In this document: one piece after another, positions 9,759-18,507 of the stretch
Position numbering within the stretch: position 1 is the first letter of the stretch
Layout: every line of letters starts with the position of its first letter
Origin: Abditibacteriaceae bacterium
Lineage (GTDB): Bacteria > Armatimonadota > Abditibacteriia > Abditibacteriales > Abditibacteriaceae
Assembly: GCA_965277285.1 (NCBI GenBank)
Contig: OZ255721.1
Span: 2,272,001-2,336,000 of the forward strand
Direction: 5' to 3'
Length of the DNA stretch: 64,000 bases
Program-made: the position numbers and the translations under genes
Notes under the pieces: model-generated
Databases searched by the model: none
What the model saw: the letters and a program-made list of their open reading frames with translations, nothing else
What the model was told of the DNA's origin: nothing

Positions 9759-10616
9759 TTAACGTCTTCTTTTGAGGTTGCGCCATTGATGGCGATAATA
9801 TCGCGCGAATTTGTGCGCCCAGTGACGCGGCGGTGGTGTTGGTGGCGGCAACATCGAAATGTAATTGACGAGCGATAATCCGGCGTCGATTTTAAGTATC
9901 GTTCCTGTGGTGTAATGCGAAAAATAATCGGACGCCAGATAGACCGCCGCGCGCCCGATGTATTGCGGATGTATTGCTGTCTTGTGCAGTGGCGTTGAAC
10001 TGTGGTGAACGAGCGATCCTACTTCATCGAGTTTAACGAAACCTGGAGCAATCCCATTGACGCGAATGTTGTGCGGCGCCAATTCCAAGGCCAGTTCGTT
10101 GATTATCATGCCGACGGCGGCTTTTGAACCGCTGTAAGCCGCGTCGCCGTTGTAAGACCATTGATGAATCGAGCTGAGAAACAAAATGCAGCCGCCTTGT
10201 CCGCGTGCGACCATCTCCTGGGAAACCCAGTCCGTCAAAGCCATCGGACCGATAACGTTTGTATCAAAAACAGAACGCCATTGTTCAAAACTCGAAGTTT
10301 CTTCTTCTTGCCGCGCGTCGATCTGGAACGAATCTCTTCCGACATTGTTGACCAAAACATCAATGGAAAGGTTGTCTTTGGTCAAAGCACGCTGCAACTT
10401 TTCGATGGACGCTGGCTTTGCCACATCGAGCGTCCAGCCGCGCGACGGAACGTTCATCGCAGTCAGTTCTGTTTGCAAGGCCGTGCAACACGCGGCGTCT
10501 TTATCGACAAAATAGATAGCCGCGCCCTGAGCTGCCATCTCCAAGGCGATGTGACGCCCGATGTTGGCGCCAACTCCGGTAATGAGAACACTTTTGCCGC
10601 TGAGTAGTTGTTCCAT
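9759..10616 (-). CDS. SDR-family oxidoreductase
   Basis: TGVGANIG Rossmann motif, VLVNNVG, catalytic YSGSK, IRVNGIAPG. Confidence 0.92.
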   Translation of the reverse strand: MEQLLSGKSVLITGVGANIGRHIALEMAAQGAAIYFVDKDAACCTALQTELTAMNVPSRGWTLDVAKPASIEKLQRALTKDNLSIDVLVNNVGRDSFQIDARQEEETSSFEQWRSVFDTNVIGPMALTDWVSQEMVARGQGGCILFLSSIHQWSYNGDAAYSGSKAAVGMIINELALELAPHNIRVNGIAPGFVKLDEVGSLVHHSSTPLHKTAIHPQYIGRAAVYLASDYFSHYTTGTILKIDAGLSLVNYISMLPPPTPPPRHWAHKFARYYRHQWRNLKRRR

Positions 10617-10724
10617 GACAAATAAATCGTATCACAAACAACAGTTTATTCCGGCTCCGCTCGGGGTTCGAGTACTCGATGGGCCGTTCTGCCCTGACGA
10701 AAAATGTAAACTGCATGGTTCTCT

Positions 10725-11816
10725 ATGAAAGTTTTGGCCTGCAACGCGCCTTTCAATGAAGGCGGTATAGGAAAGTTCTTCGCCGATTTAGTAGAAGACG
10801 CGCGGCGCGATCAAACGCTCGACCATTATTTTTCGAGCGCGCCCAAAACGGGCGATGCGGCAGGTCGCGCGATTTCTCTGCAAGCCTGGCGACCTTTGTT
10901 TCGTGCGCCCTGGTTGCGCCACAATTTGGCCGGGCGCGAACTCCTGTCCGCCAATTTATTCGACCGCGCTGTAGTAAACCAATTGACGCGCGCGACGACT
11001 TTTGTCGGTTTCAGCGGACGCACATTGCGCTCTTTTCAACGCGCGCGAAAAATAGGTTACGATCAACTCGTGCTCGAATCGGCGACTTCGCACATCGCCA
11101 ATGTCAGAAAACGTCATCAACGGGCGCTGGAACAATTTCCTATCGAAGGCAGTTGGCTGGGAGACGCACAATTTCGCAAAACCCTGCGCGAATACGAAAT
11201 CGCCGACCGCATCGTCGTCACTTCCGAGTACTCGATGCAAAGTTTTCTCGAAGCGGGCGTCGATGCCGCGAAACTCGAACGTCGTTTTCAAAGCGTCGCT
11301 CCGCGTTTTGCGCCGCCTCCGCTTGCGTCATCTCCGCAAAACACGGCGTCTGAAAAGTTCACTGTGGTTTACGTCGGGCGCCTGGAAGCGACAAAGGGCG
11401 TGCCGCTTTTGCTGGAAGCGTTCGCGCATTTACCTTCCGACGCCGCTTTGATTCTGGTCGGCCATCCCGCGAGCGATGCGATGGAACAATTGATTAAGGA
11501 AAAGCAGGCGGCGGACGCGCGTATTTCGGTTGGTAGCGGCGATCCTTTACCGTTTTTGCATCGCGCCGATGTTTTCGTGCATCCCAGTTTTGAAGACGGC
11601 CTGGCGCTGGCGCCGCTCGAAGCGCTGGCGTGCGGCGTTCCCGTCATCGTCACCGAAGACACCGGAATGAAAGAGTTTGTGGTCGCGGGCGTCAACGGCG
11701 AAATTGTCCCGACGGGCGATGTCGACGCGTTGGTTGAAGCCTTGCGCGCGATGATGCAACGTCCGCGCAAAGGCACGTTCACGCCGTTTTCGTCAGCGTT
11801 GTTGTCACAGAATTGA
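10725..11816 (+). CDS. GT4-family glycosyltransferase
   Basis: VYVGRLEATKG and ADVFVHPSFEDGLALAPLEALACGVPVI. Confidence 0.9.
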   Translation: MKVLACNAPFNEGGIGKFFADLVEDARRDQTLDHYFSSAPKTGDAAGRAISLQAWRPLFRAPWLRHNLAGRELLSANLFDRAVVNQLTRATTFVGFSGRTLRSFQRARKIGYDQLVLESATSHIANVRKRHQRALEQFPIEGSWLGDAQFRKTLREYEIADRIVVTSEYSMQSFLEAGVDAAKLERRFQSVAPRFAPPPLASSPQNTASEKFTVVYVGRLEATKGVPLLLEAFAHLPSDAALILVGHPASDAMEQLIKEKQAADARISVGSGDPLPFLHRADVFVHPSFEDGLALAPLEALACGVPVIVTEDTGMKEFVVAGVNGEIVPTGDVDALVEALRAMMQRPRKGTFTPFSSALLSQN

Positions 11817-11823
11817 ATTTATC

Positions 11824-13272
11824 ATGCGTATTTTGTTTTGTATTCCGACGACGCAATTAAGCGGCGGCGTCAAGATTATTTTTGAGATCGCTCAGGGTTT
11901 GGCGGCGCGCGGCGACACCGTTCACGTTTTTTCGTATGCGGGCGCGCCAAAGTGGTTTCATCTGGGTGTTCCGCTGATCGAGGCCAAAGATTTCGGCGAA
12001 ATCGAGTACTCGAATTACGATTGGGTGGTCGCCTCCAACGCGTTTATGCTGCCGATGCTTTTGCCACATTTGAGCCGCACGAATGGCCGCACGCGCGGGC
12101 TTTTTTTCGCTTTGGATTACGAAAGTTTTCATCATTCTTCGACGCCGACATATGAAGGTTTCATGGAAAGATCGGCCACTTTCGACAAACTTTATCAGTT
12201 GCCAGTGCCGATTATCGCCGAATCGCGCGCCGTGCAAACGCTCATCAAAGAACTGGTTGACGTCACGTCATACGCGATTCCCGTCGGCCTGGACAAAAAG
12301 GTTTTCCATCCGCGACCGCGCACTTTATCGCCGACGCACAAGCGCATTCTGATGGTCGGCAATTACCTGATGCCATACAAAGGCATGAACGATGGCTTGG
12401 CGGCGTTGCGGCTGCTGGCGGAAAAATGGTCGGTGCAACTCGTTTTGATTTCGCAGGAATCGCGGCGGCGCGACATTTTTGCCGATTTGCCGTATCCTGT
12501 AGAAATCCATTTCCGCCCGACCGAAGACTTTGTGCCGCAAATCATGGCGACCTGCGATGCGTATGTTTGCACGTCGTGGTATGAAGGTCTGGGTTTACCA
12601 GCGCTGGAATCGTTTTGCGTTGGCTTACCGGTCGTTTCGACGCGCACTTACGGCGTCTCGGATTACGGCGTGGACGGCGAAAATTTGCTGCTCGCTAACC
12701 CTAACAACGCGCCGGATTTAGCAGAAAAATTAGACCGCTTGCTGAGTGATCGAGTACTCGTTGAACACTTGCGGCAGAACGGTTTCCAAACTGTCGAGAA
12801 CAATTACGAATGGCCGATTTCGATTGAGCTTTTCCGCCGCGCTTTGCAGGAAATTGGTCAGACTTACAAAGGTTGCGGACAAATTGACGAACGCGAAATG
12901 CAATCTTTGCTTGACGATTTGGAGCGCGAAGGCGATTTGACGCCCATCGAAGTGTTTCGCCAATTTCAAACCTGGGCTGCCGAACTGAAGGATTTGTGCG
13001 CGCAAATGCTGGAAAGCGGCGCGGCAAGTGAAACGCAATCACATCGAGTACTCGAATTGAGCGCGGCGTTTGCGCGTTACACACAAAACCCGCGCGCCGA
13101 ATATTACGATGCGTTCAAGACCAAAGTCGATTTATGCCGCTTAATTTTAGGTTTCAAAGACAACCCGAAGTTTGGTGAATACTTGCGCCTGGTTTTGTCG
13201 CGCGAACAAAAAAATGGAAACCCTTCTTCGCCTTCATTTTCTGAAATTCAATATCCAGTCGCAAAGCCTTGA
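11824..13272 (+). CDS. GT4-family glycosyltransferase with C-terminal helical extension
   Basis: LSGGVKII and SWYEGLGLPALESFCVGLPVV. About 130 extra C-terminal residues. Confidence 0.88.
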   Translation: MRILFCIPTTQLSGGVKIIFEIAQGLAARGDTVHVFSYAGAPKWFHLGVPLIEAKDFGEIEYSNYDWVVASNAFMLPMLLPHLSRTNGRTRGLFFALDYESFHHSSTPTYEGFMERSATFDKLYQLPVPIIAESRAVQTLIKELVDVTSYAIPVGLDKKVFHPRPRTLSPTHKRILMVGNYLMPYKGMNDGLAALRLLAEKWSVQLVLISQESRRRDIFADLPYPVEIHFRPTEDFVPQIMATCDAYVCTSWYEGLGLPALESFCVGLPVVSTRTYGVSDYGVDGENLLLANPNNAPDLAEKLDRLLSDRVLVEHLRQNGFQTVENNYEWPISIELFRRALQEIGQTYKGCGQIDEREMQSLLDDLEREGDLTPIEVFRQFQTWAAELKDLCAQMLESGAASETQSHRVLELSAAFARYTQNPRAEYYDAFKTKVDLCRLILGFKDNPKFGEYLRLVLSREQKNGNPSSPSFSEIQYPVAKP

Positions 13273-14227
13273 CCTCGCGCCGTGGCTCGAAACGCTTTAC
13301 GCCGCCAATGATTTGACACGCGAATTTCCCGCTCAAAGCGCGTCGTTGTCGTTGCACGTCGAGCGCCGCGATGCAGCGTGCGCTTTCAAAATTGAGCCGC
13401 CACTCGACGCAGTTTTCGCGGAAACCAACCTTTGCACAGGCCGCTGTTATTACGGCGACGGCAAATTTTACTCGGCCAATAATGGCGCTTTCTGGCACCA
13501 AATGGAGTTTGAACCGACGCGTAATTGCATTCGTGCGAACCTGGGCGGCGAGTTTTTGCACAGCGGCCAATTCGTGATCTCCAACTTCATTCGTCCGTTA
13601 CTGCAAAGTTTCATCCTGCCGTTTTACAACCTGAAAACCCTGCACGGCGCGGTTCTGGCGCGCGGCGAACGCACGGTTTTTCTTGCGGGCGGCGCCGGAA
13701 TGGGAAAATCGACGACGACGTTGCAACTGATTCACGACGGCTGGGACGTTTTGTCGGACGATGGCCCGTTTTTCTTTTTGCAAGACGGGCAGGCGCGCGC
13801 TCTTTCGTCGCTCGATTATTTGCACGTCACAGAAAACACGCTGCAAATGTTCCCCGATTTTCGCGCGCACGTCGTTGGCGAACTCGATAGCCGCCAAAAG
13901 TTCGCGTTGCGCCGTCAGCCTTTGCAAAACGGCAGCGCCTGGAAAACGCCGCGCCAAATCACCGATTTTATCGAACTAAAGCGCGGCGATTTTCCAACGC
14001 TCCAATTGAAAGAAGGCGACCGCGCACAAGTTTTTCGCACCTTGTTTAACGAGACGATGATCGTTTTTCGCCGCACGCCGCTGGACGAAAACACGCTTTC
14101 GGCGCGCGATTACAGCCAGTTCATTTTTCAACTGGTAACCAGCGTGCTGCAACACGCGCGCGTGCATCGCCTGCAATACGCCAATCATCATCTTTCACAG
14201 ATTCCAGCGTTGCTGAACGCGCTGTGA
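13214..14227 (+). CDS. HPr-kinase-related P-loop kinase
   Basis: LHGAVL...GGAGMGKSTT (His plus Walker A) and LSDD, the signature of HPrK-like kinases. Overlaps the upstream GT4 by 59 bp. Confidence 0.8.
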   Translation: METLLRLHFLKFNIQSQSLDLAPWLETLYAANDLTREFPAQSASLSLHVERRDAACAFKIEPPLDAVFAETNLCTGRCYYGDGKFYSANNGAFWHQMEFEPTRNCIRANLGGEFLHSGQFVISNFIRPLLQSFILPFYNLKTLHGAVLARGERTVFLAGGAGMGKSTTTLQLIHDGWDVLSDDGPFFFLQDGQARALSSLDYLHVTENTLQMFPDFRAHVVGELDSRQKFALRRQPLQNGSAWKTPRQITDFIELKRGDFPTLQLKEGDRAQVFRTLFNETMIVFRRTPLDENTLSARDYSQFIFQLVTSVLQHARVHRLQYANHHLSQIPALLNAL

Positions 14228-14261
14228 AAGTTCGTAGAGAAAGCAGGAGAAGTGTCCATTA

Positions 14262-14340
14262 AACTCGCAGTTTGTCATTCTGAGTGAAACGAAGAATCTA
14301 ACTTCAGCCAGATTCTTCACTGCGCTCAGAATGACAAACT
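14262..14340. repeat. GTCATTC/GAATGAC palindromic (REP/MITE-like) element, copy 1 of 3
   Basis: AGTTTGTCATTCTGAG...GAAGAATCT...AGATTCTTC...CTCAGAATGACAAACT. Related copies at ~59037-59116 and ~61170-61279. Confidence 0.88.
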
Positions 14341-14428
14341 TGCATTTCTGCGTATTGTTTTCTACTTCTGAACACGTTTTAGAAGATCGAGTACTCGAAT
14401 ATCGCTGGAAAAGGAACGCGTAAAAGTC

Positions 14429-15625
14429 ATGGATGTGTCGCTGCCCACCGTCGATATTGTGATCGCTGGACGCAATGAAGCGCGTCATTTGGGCGAGTGC
14501 TTAGACGCCTTGCGCGCACAAGATTATCCCGCCGAAAAGCTGAACGTTTTCGTGGTTGATAATAATTCGACCGACGAGACTGCCGCCATTGCGCGCGAAA
14601 AAGGCGTCGTGCTTTTGCAGGAAACAACGCCGGGCGCTTCCGCCGCGCGCAATCTGGGCATCGAAAGTGGGCAGGGCGAACTGATCGGTTTTCTGGACGC
14701 GCATTGCATTCCCAACCGCGATTGGGTGCGCGCACTGGCCGAAGTTTTCGCGGACGCGCGCGTTGGTGGCGCGCAAGGCTCCATCGAAAGTCGCTCCGAT
14801 GATGCGCGCGTGCAACGTTATCTCGAACGGACACAGTTTCTGTCGAACGAACACGTTTTAGATGACACGATTCGCGGCAAAAAGAACCTTTACCCGTGGC
14901 TGCTGGCGGGCAATTCGATGTTTCGCCGCGAGGCTGTGATCGCAGCAGATGGCTTCAACGAAGGCTTGAAGGCGTGCGAAGACGTCGAGATTTCATGGCG
15001 CGTTTTTCTGCTGGGCTACGAGTTCCGATATGTGGAAGGCGCGCGCGTCGCGCATTACGACGGCAATTCGTGGCGCGAATTTCTGCGCAAAGGCCGGACT
15101 TACGCGCGCGGAGCCGCCGATTTAGCGCATATTTATCAAAGTCACGGTGCCAGCAGCAAGTTCGCACCCGCTCCGTTGTGGACGCAAAACTGGGAGCGTT
15201 CGCTGTCAGCCTGGCATTATCGCGTGGGTTACAACGTGAAAAACGCGCGCCTGCGTTTGGGTTGGGATAAAGCCTCGATGCGACCGCCGACCGAAGTTTT
15301 GCCGCGCTTTCGCCCTTGTTTTGAATGGACGCCAAACGAAGTGATGCAAATCGCGCCCGACACTTTTTTCTGGTTGCGCGATGTGGAAAAAAGCGCGCCG
15401 CACTCGGATGTTTCGGTTGTCGTGGTGCATATTCCAACTCGACAACGCGCCGTCCTCGAAGCCGCGAGCGCTTTCATCTGGCGGCGCCTGGTCGAAGGCA
15501 AAAACCGCGACACGTTGGCCGATGAAATGGCGGAACATTACCAGATAGCGACCTTAACGGCGCTTTGCGATATTGACGATTTCGTCGCTGAATTGGTCAG
15601 CTCGCAAATGCTGCGAAAGTGCTGA
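14429..15625 (+). CDS. GT2-family glycosyltransferase fused to a C-terminal PqqD/RRE-like domain
   Basis: VIAGRNEA, VVDNNSTD, FLDAH and EDVE (GT2). C-terminus VVVHIPTRQRAVLEAASAFIWRRLVEGKNRDTLADEMAEHY..ALCDIDDFVAELV aligns by eye with the PqqD protein at 16474-16728. Confidence 0.85.
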   Translation: MDVSLPTVDIVIAGRNEARHLGECLDALRAQDYPAEKLNVFVVDNNSTDETAAIAREKGVVLLQETTPGASAARNLGIESGQGELIGFLDAHCIPNRDWVRALAEVFADARVGGAQGSIESRSDDARVQRYLERTQFLSNEHVLDDTIRGKKNLYPWLLAGNSMFRREAVIAADGFNEGLKACEDVEISWRVFLLGYEFRYVEGARVAHYDGNSWREFLRKGRTYARGAADLAHIYQSHGASSKFAPAPLWTQNWERSLSAWHYRVGYNVKNARLRLGWDKASMRPPTEVLPRFRPCFEWTPNEVMQIAPDTFFWLRDVEKSAPHSDVSVVVVHIPTRQRAVLEAASAFIWRRLVEGKNRDTLADEMAEHYQIATLTALCDIDDFVAELVSSQMLRKC

Positions 15626-15639
15626 AGAACAATCAAAAG

Positions 15640-15668
15640 AGCGCACGACTTTAAGTAAGTCGTGCGCT
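15640..15668. terminator. Probable bidirectional terminator between convergent genes
   Basis: AGCGCACGACTT-N5-AAGTCGTGCGCT. Confidence 0.65.
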
Positions 15669-15688
15669 TGTTAGCGAGTCCGCTTGAA

Positions 15689-16216
15689 TCACCGATTGGA
15701 GTCTGAGATGGGAAAGTATTTGTTGAACAAGGCGAGCGTAGCTTCTATTTCGCAAGCATACGAATCTCTACTGAAATTACTGTCAATTCGGTATGACCAG
15801 CGACCGTTAGGACGCTCAAACACATCCAATACCTGATTGTTTATTTGAATGTGGAGCGCGCCCTTTGCGAATTTTTTCCAGAGATAACGCTTTGTAAACT
15901 TTTTACGCTGCCGCTTTAGCCATAGAGAACGTCGGGTTATCTGCCTTTTGGCACGAATGCGGAGTATTCTTTCACGGTCTTTTGCACCTACAGCATCATC
16001 GCTCATCCTGCCCGCACAAATACGACCAACGGCGAGTGAATTGGCGTAATTCTCATGCGCCATGACGTGAACGTAACGAATTCTTTCCGCGCCGCACATC
16101 TCACAAGTTTCATAATCTCTTTTTTTCGACGTTAAGCAGCCCTCTTCGACATCATAAGCAATAACGCAAGCCCAACCTTTACAAGGAACGCTCGGGTTAT
16201 CCCACAAATGACTCAT
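15689..16216 (-). CDS. Hypothetical basic protein with a putative Zn-binding motif
   Basis: CEMCG...YVHVMAH...VGRICA and an Arg/Lys-rich middle. Visibly more AT-rich than its flanks. AAGGA RBS. Confidence 0.65.
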   Translation of the reverse strand: MSHLWDNPSVPCKGWACVIAYDVEEGCLTSKKRDYETCEMCGAERIRYVHVMAHENYANSLAVGRICAGRMSDDAVGAKDRERILRIRAKRQITRRSLWLKRQRKKFTKRYLWKKFAKGALHIQINNQVLDVFERPNGRWSYRIDSNFSRDSYACEIEATLALFNKYFPISDSNR

Positions 16217-16265
16217 TTAACGTCCTTAAGAGCGCATAGCTCGTTTGCTTTATCCAAGGCCCTAT

Positions 16266-16460
16266 TCAAATCTCGCTGGGACCGTAAGGTTTGACTTGTT
16301 CGATTTGATCGTAGCGACGTAAAACCGGCTTTTGATAAACAGGTTTCGTGGAATTGCTTGATGTCACGGACGTGTCTTGTGGCCCATTCGGGGTTGCTGC
16401 GGTTGGTGCGTTTTGAGCTTGGCTTTGCGGCGTATCAGAAATGTTCTTCTTGAAAAACAT
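16266..16460 (-). CDS. 64-aa candidate RiPP precursor with a YxxPxL RRE-binding motif
   Basis: MFFKKNISDTPQSQAQNAPTAATPNGPQDTSVTSSNSTKPVYQKPVLRRYDQIEQVKPYGPSEI. AAGGT RBS, 13 bp downstream of the PqqD gene. Confidence 0.65.
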   Translation of the reverse strand: MFFKKNISDTPQSQAQNAPTAATPNGPQDTSVTSSNSTKPVYQKPVLRRYDQIEQVKPYGPSEI

Positions 16461-16473
16461 GGTTGTTTTACCT

Positions 16474-16728
16474 TTATTGCCACAGTTTGGTGTGGCGGAG
16501 TTGGTCGAGAAGCTCGTCAATGTCGGCGCGTGCGGTGGCGGTATCGATCTCGTATTTGGTCGCGATTTGCGCTGCGATTTGGTCGAGCGATTGACCTTCG
16601 TGAAGCGCCTGCCAGACTTCAGTGGCAATCGGATTGAGGGAAAAATAATCGCCTGAGGAAACGTCTAAAATGACGGCTTCGCGGTCGAAGGTGTTCCACA
16701 CCAAGTTGGGATTGTTGTTTGCGTCCAT
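16474..16728 (-). CDS. Stand-alone PqqD-family protein (RiPP recognition element)
   Basis: EAVILDVSSGDYFSLNPIATEVWQAL...IAAQIATKYEID.ATARADIDELLDQL is a classic PqqD/RRE pattern. Strong RBS AAGGAAGGAG. Confidence 0.9.
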   Translation of the reverse strand: MDANNNPNLVWNTFDREAVILDVSSGDYFSLNPIATEVWQALHEGQSLDQIAAQIATKYEIDTATARADIDELLDQLRHTKLWQ

Positions 16729-16803
16729 AAAAACTTCGTGGTCTCCTTCCTTTGAGTAAATCAGATTCAGAAGAAATTTGCGGCGCTTTCGAGTACTCGA
16801 ATC

Positions 16804-18486
16804 TCAAGTCGACTTGCTTTGGCGCTCTGAAAGAGTTTGCAAAGCGATGATGTCGCGCGCCATTTGCGTGCGGAATTCTCTGTATTCGGCGGACGCGATG
16901 TCGGCGTAAGGTTCGACTGCGACCGATGAGCGGATTTCGATGCTGTTCAAACGAATTCGTTCCAAAAAAATATCCACGCGCTGCCGGATTTTACGCGTCA
17001 TTTCTTGCGTGCAAGGCGATGCAAAGGTTGCGGCTTTTTGCAGGGCGTCTTCCAATGTTGTCAGATATTTCAAGTCGCCAATGCCTTCAGCGATGCCTTT
17101 CCATTGCACGGTCGGAATGCTGCCCGCGCTGGCCGGATACGTCGTCATAATGTCTTTGGTCGGGCGATTGAGATTGGCGGCATCGAGTTCGGGTGCATCG
17201 TTTTTCGCGCCGTCAAAGTCATCGAAAGGAGAAAACGGCGCGCCCGGGCCGTGTTGATAACAATAAGGCGCGATGCCTTCAGCGCGACTTTTCCACAGCC
17301 ACAGGCCAGCCAGCACGCGATGCAAATCCGGCTTTTCCATCGAACTGAACCAATAATAATAAGCGGTTTGCTGTTGCACTGCGGCGAACTCCGAACGAAA
17401 GACGAAGTAATGCAAATTGTCGGGCAGGTAATAACTGAAAATATCGGGCGCGTCGGCTGTTTCTTCTTCGTTGAGAAGGCGCTGCGACGACGCCTGATGA
17501 GTACTCGAAGCCATTGTCTTGAAACCGAGCGCGCGGGCTTTTTGCAAGTTGGCGCGATGACTTTCCCGAAAAGTGTCGCCGCGCACTTCGACTTCATCGC
17601 TGATGTAAAGAATCGGCGTCAAACCTTTGAAGTCAATGGTATCGAAGTTCTTTGGCCACGGTTGCAGCAAAACGATGTTGCGGCGAAAACCCGTTTCGTG
17701 CGCGATGTCGAGCGCCTTTTGCAGCAGATGCGGCTGGCTTTCGCCCAGCGAAATGCTGGTGAAACCATGTTCGTAAATATCGCGCAGATGCGCTCGAAAT
17801 TGCCTTTCTGAAACGTGGTGGCGCGGCAAAAGACAATCGAGCGTGCCTTTGTACCACAGGAAAAAATCCTGCGCTGGCTGCAAAAGCTGAAGCGGCCACA
17901 CTTCGATGGCGATTTCCAATGGCGCGCTTTGTCCCGCGAACTCGCACAGAATGTGACCTTTGTAACATCCGGCGCGCGCACCAGGCGGAATTTTAACGAC
18001 GATCCAGATTTGTTTTTGCTGACCGGCGCGCAGCGAAGTTCGGGCGTTGCCTTTTAAGCGCACAACAGGCGCTTGATAAAACTTCGGCGCGCGCAAAAAA
18101 TGGCGCCAGTGACGCGGCTTTTTCCAGTGCGCGCAGCACCGCGAATAGCCATCGTGCAAGGCTTCGCGGTCGTCCTTCATCAACAGTTCGGCGACTTCAA
18201 CCGGCGCGCCCTGATAAAAACCAACGCCCGCCTGCTGCCACACTTTCACGACGTAAGTTTCAATCGCACTGCGAGGAATGGTCGCAGTTTCATTCTTCAA
18301 GTCGCATGCGCTGACTTCGACGTTTTGGATGTCCTGGTCACAGGATAAGCAGAACGAAAGCGAAACCATTTCGCCTGGCGCGCCGCTGCTTTCAATCTTC
18401 GAGAGAACCGTTGCTTCAAACGTTGTGTGGGGCGCCATCGAGTACTCGATTGTCGAGGAAAAAGAAAGTTGCGCCATAAATAACAA
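16804..18486 (-). CDS. Putative glycoside hydrolase-like protein (GH123/DUF4091-like architecture)
   Basis: LRAGQQKQIWIVVKIPPGARAGCYKG..IEVWPLQL and C-terminal PTVQWKGIAEGIGDLKYL resemble that family. Start uncertain. Confidence 0.5.
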   Translation of the reverse strand: MLFMAQLSFSSTIEYSMAPHTTFEATVLSKIESSGAPGEMVSLSFCLSCDQDIQNVEVSACDLKNETATIPRSAIETYVVKVWQQAGVGFYQGAPVEVAELLMKDDREALHDGYSRCCAHWKKPRHWRHFLRAPKFYQAPVVRLKGNARTSLRAGQQKQIWIVVKIPPGARAGCYKGHILCEFAGQSAPLEIAIEVWPLQLLQPAQDFFLWYKGTLDCLLPRHHVSERQFRAHLRDIYEHGFTSISLGESQPHLLQKALDIAHETGFRRNIVLLQPWPKNFDTIDFKGLTPILYISDEVEVRGDTFRESHRANLQKARALGFKTMASSTHQASSQRLLNEEETADAPDIFSYYLPDNLHYFVFRSEFAAVQQQTAYYYWFSSMEKPDLHRVLAGLWLWKSRAEGIAPYCYQHGPGAPFSPFDDFDGAKNDAPELDAANLNRPTKDIMTTYPASAGSIPTVQWKGIAEGIGDLKYLTTLEDALQKAATFASPCTQEMTRKIRQRVDIFLERIRLNSIEIRSSVAVEPYADIASAEYREFRTQMARDIIALQTLSERQSKST

Positions 18487-18507
18487 ACCTGGAAGATGTC
18501 GAAAAGG

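Noticed and set aside
16266..16728. PQQ biosynthesis or a canonical lasso peptide cluster
   Set aside because: No pqqB/C/E and no ExxxY PqqA core motif. No lasso cyclase or B2 peptidase in the window, and the peptide lacks a lasso-sized core.
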